DNA of 64,000 nucleotides, taken from Chiloscyllium plagiosum. Lineage: Eukaryota. Below, in pieces: positions 63,351-64,000 of the stretch. The stretch lies in assembly GCF_004010195.1 (NCBI RefSeq), contig NC_057719.1, positions 80,273,220 through 80,337,219 of the forward strand. Reading direction: 5' to 3'. The notes beneath the pieces are model-generated. The model was not told where the DNA came from. It saw only the letters and a list, made by a program, of their open reading frames with translations, and made no database searches. Positions within the stretch are counted from its first letter, which is position 1. Every line of letters begins with the position of its first letter. Position numbers and translations under genes: made by a program.

Positions 63351-64000
63351 AAATTTCAGTCCTTACTCCAGCTCAACTCTTTTTTTCATTTTGTTTGCTT
63401 TCATCGGAGTCCTCGCCCAGGCTTAACCAATCGAGCACAGTGAGCATCAAGAGTAAGCAGTTGCACATAATCAAACACAGAACACCTTCCTCCAGTAACA
63501 CAAGCTGTAATGTAGAGCTCCATTCTCCCACAGGATGCTGTCTCACATCTACCAATTCTTAATGTCTCCTTCCTCCTGATTGCTGAGGTTCACCTCTGGC
63601 TGCGGCTCTTGCCTCTGGTTTTCCTGTTTGGTAAAACTGGCTAAGTGTCTGCGAAGGAAAAGACAAGAAAACTACTATGAGAAAAGTTAGCATGTGATCC
63701 CACCATTAGAAGCTAGCATGAGACCCAACCAAGGCCTCCCTCTCCTGGTCTTGCTGAGTTGTAACAGTACTAAAGCACCCCCCTGCAAATATCTGAACCA
63801 TAGAGCTTTACAATCTTGGGAGGGAGGGTATTTGAGACATGATGCCCCTACCAGCTCTTTGAAAGAGTCGCAATTAGTCTTACCCCCTGCTATTTCCCTT
63901 CAGGGCTACAAATGTTTCCTCCCTTAAGTATGTATGCAATTCCCTAGCTGAAATCTGCTTCTGTCACTCTTTCAATTGATGCCTTCCAAGATCATATCAA

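Overview
Repeat-dominated, non-coding vertebrate DNA. The repeat families (HE1-type tRNA-derived V-SINEs, HER1/CR1 LINEs, Deu-domain SINEs, Penelope-like elements and characteristic short satellites) point to a cartilaginous fish, probably a carpet/bamboo shark; this comes from my recall of these families, not from a search. I found no convincing host protein-coding gene. The longer ORFs I could assign come from transposons, and the window looks like a large intron or gene desert. It holds many 5'-truncated CR1 copies (one retaining ORF1), about 15 HE1 SINEs, at least six decayed Gypsy remnants plus solo LTRs, an internally deleted Tigger/pogo element and a possible Harbinger remnant. Highlights: (1) about 12 short Penelope pseudo-LTR insertions of two families, many with minimal hammerhead-ribozyme cores, inverted hairpin structure and 10-15 bp target-site duplications (TSDs), including a perfect 91-bp palindrome; (2) a poly(A)-tailed retroposon end followed by serial LTR fragments and further A-tails; (3) an unexplained 91-bp inverted repeat pair 1.2 kb apart; (4) repeat-free islands rich in transcription-factor motifs. 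Boundaries were read by eye and are approximate for decayed copies.
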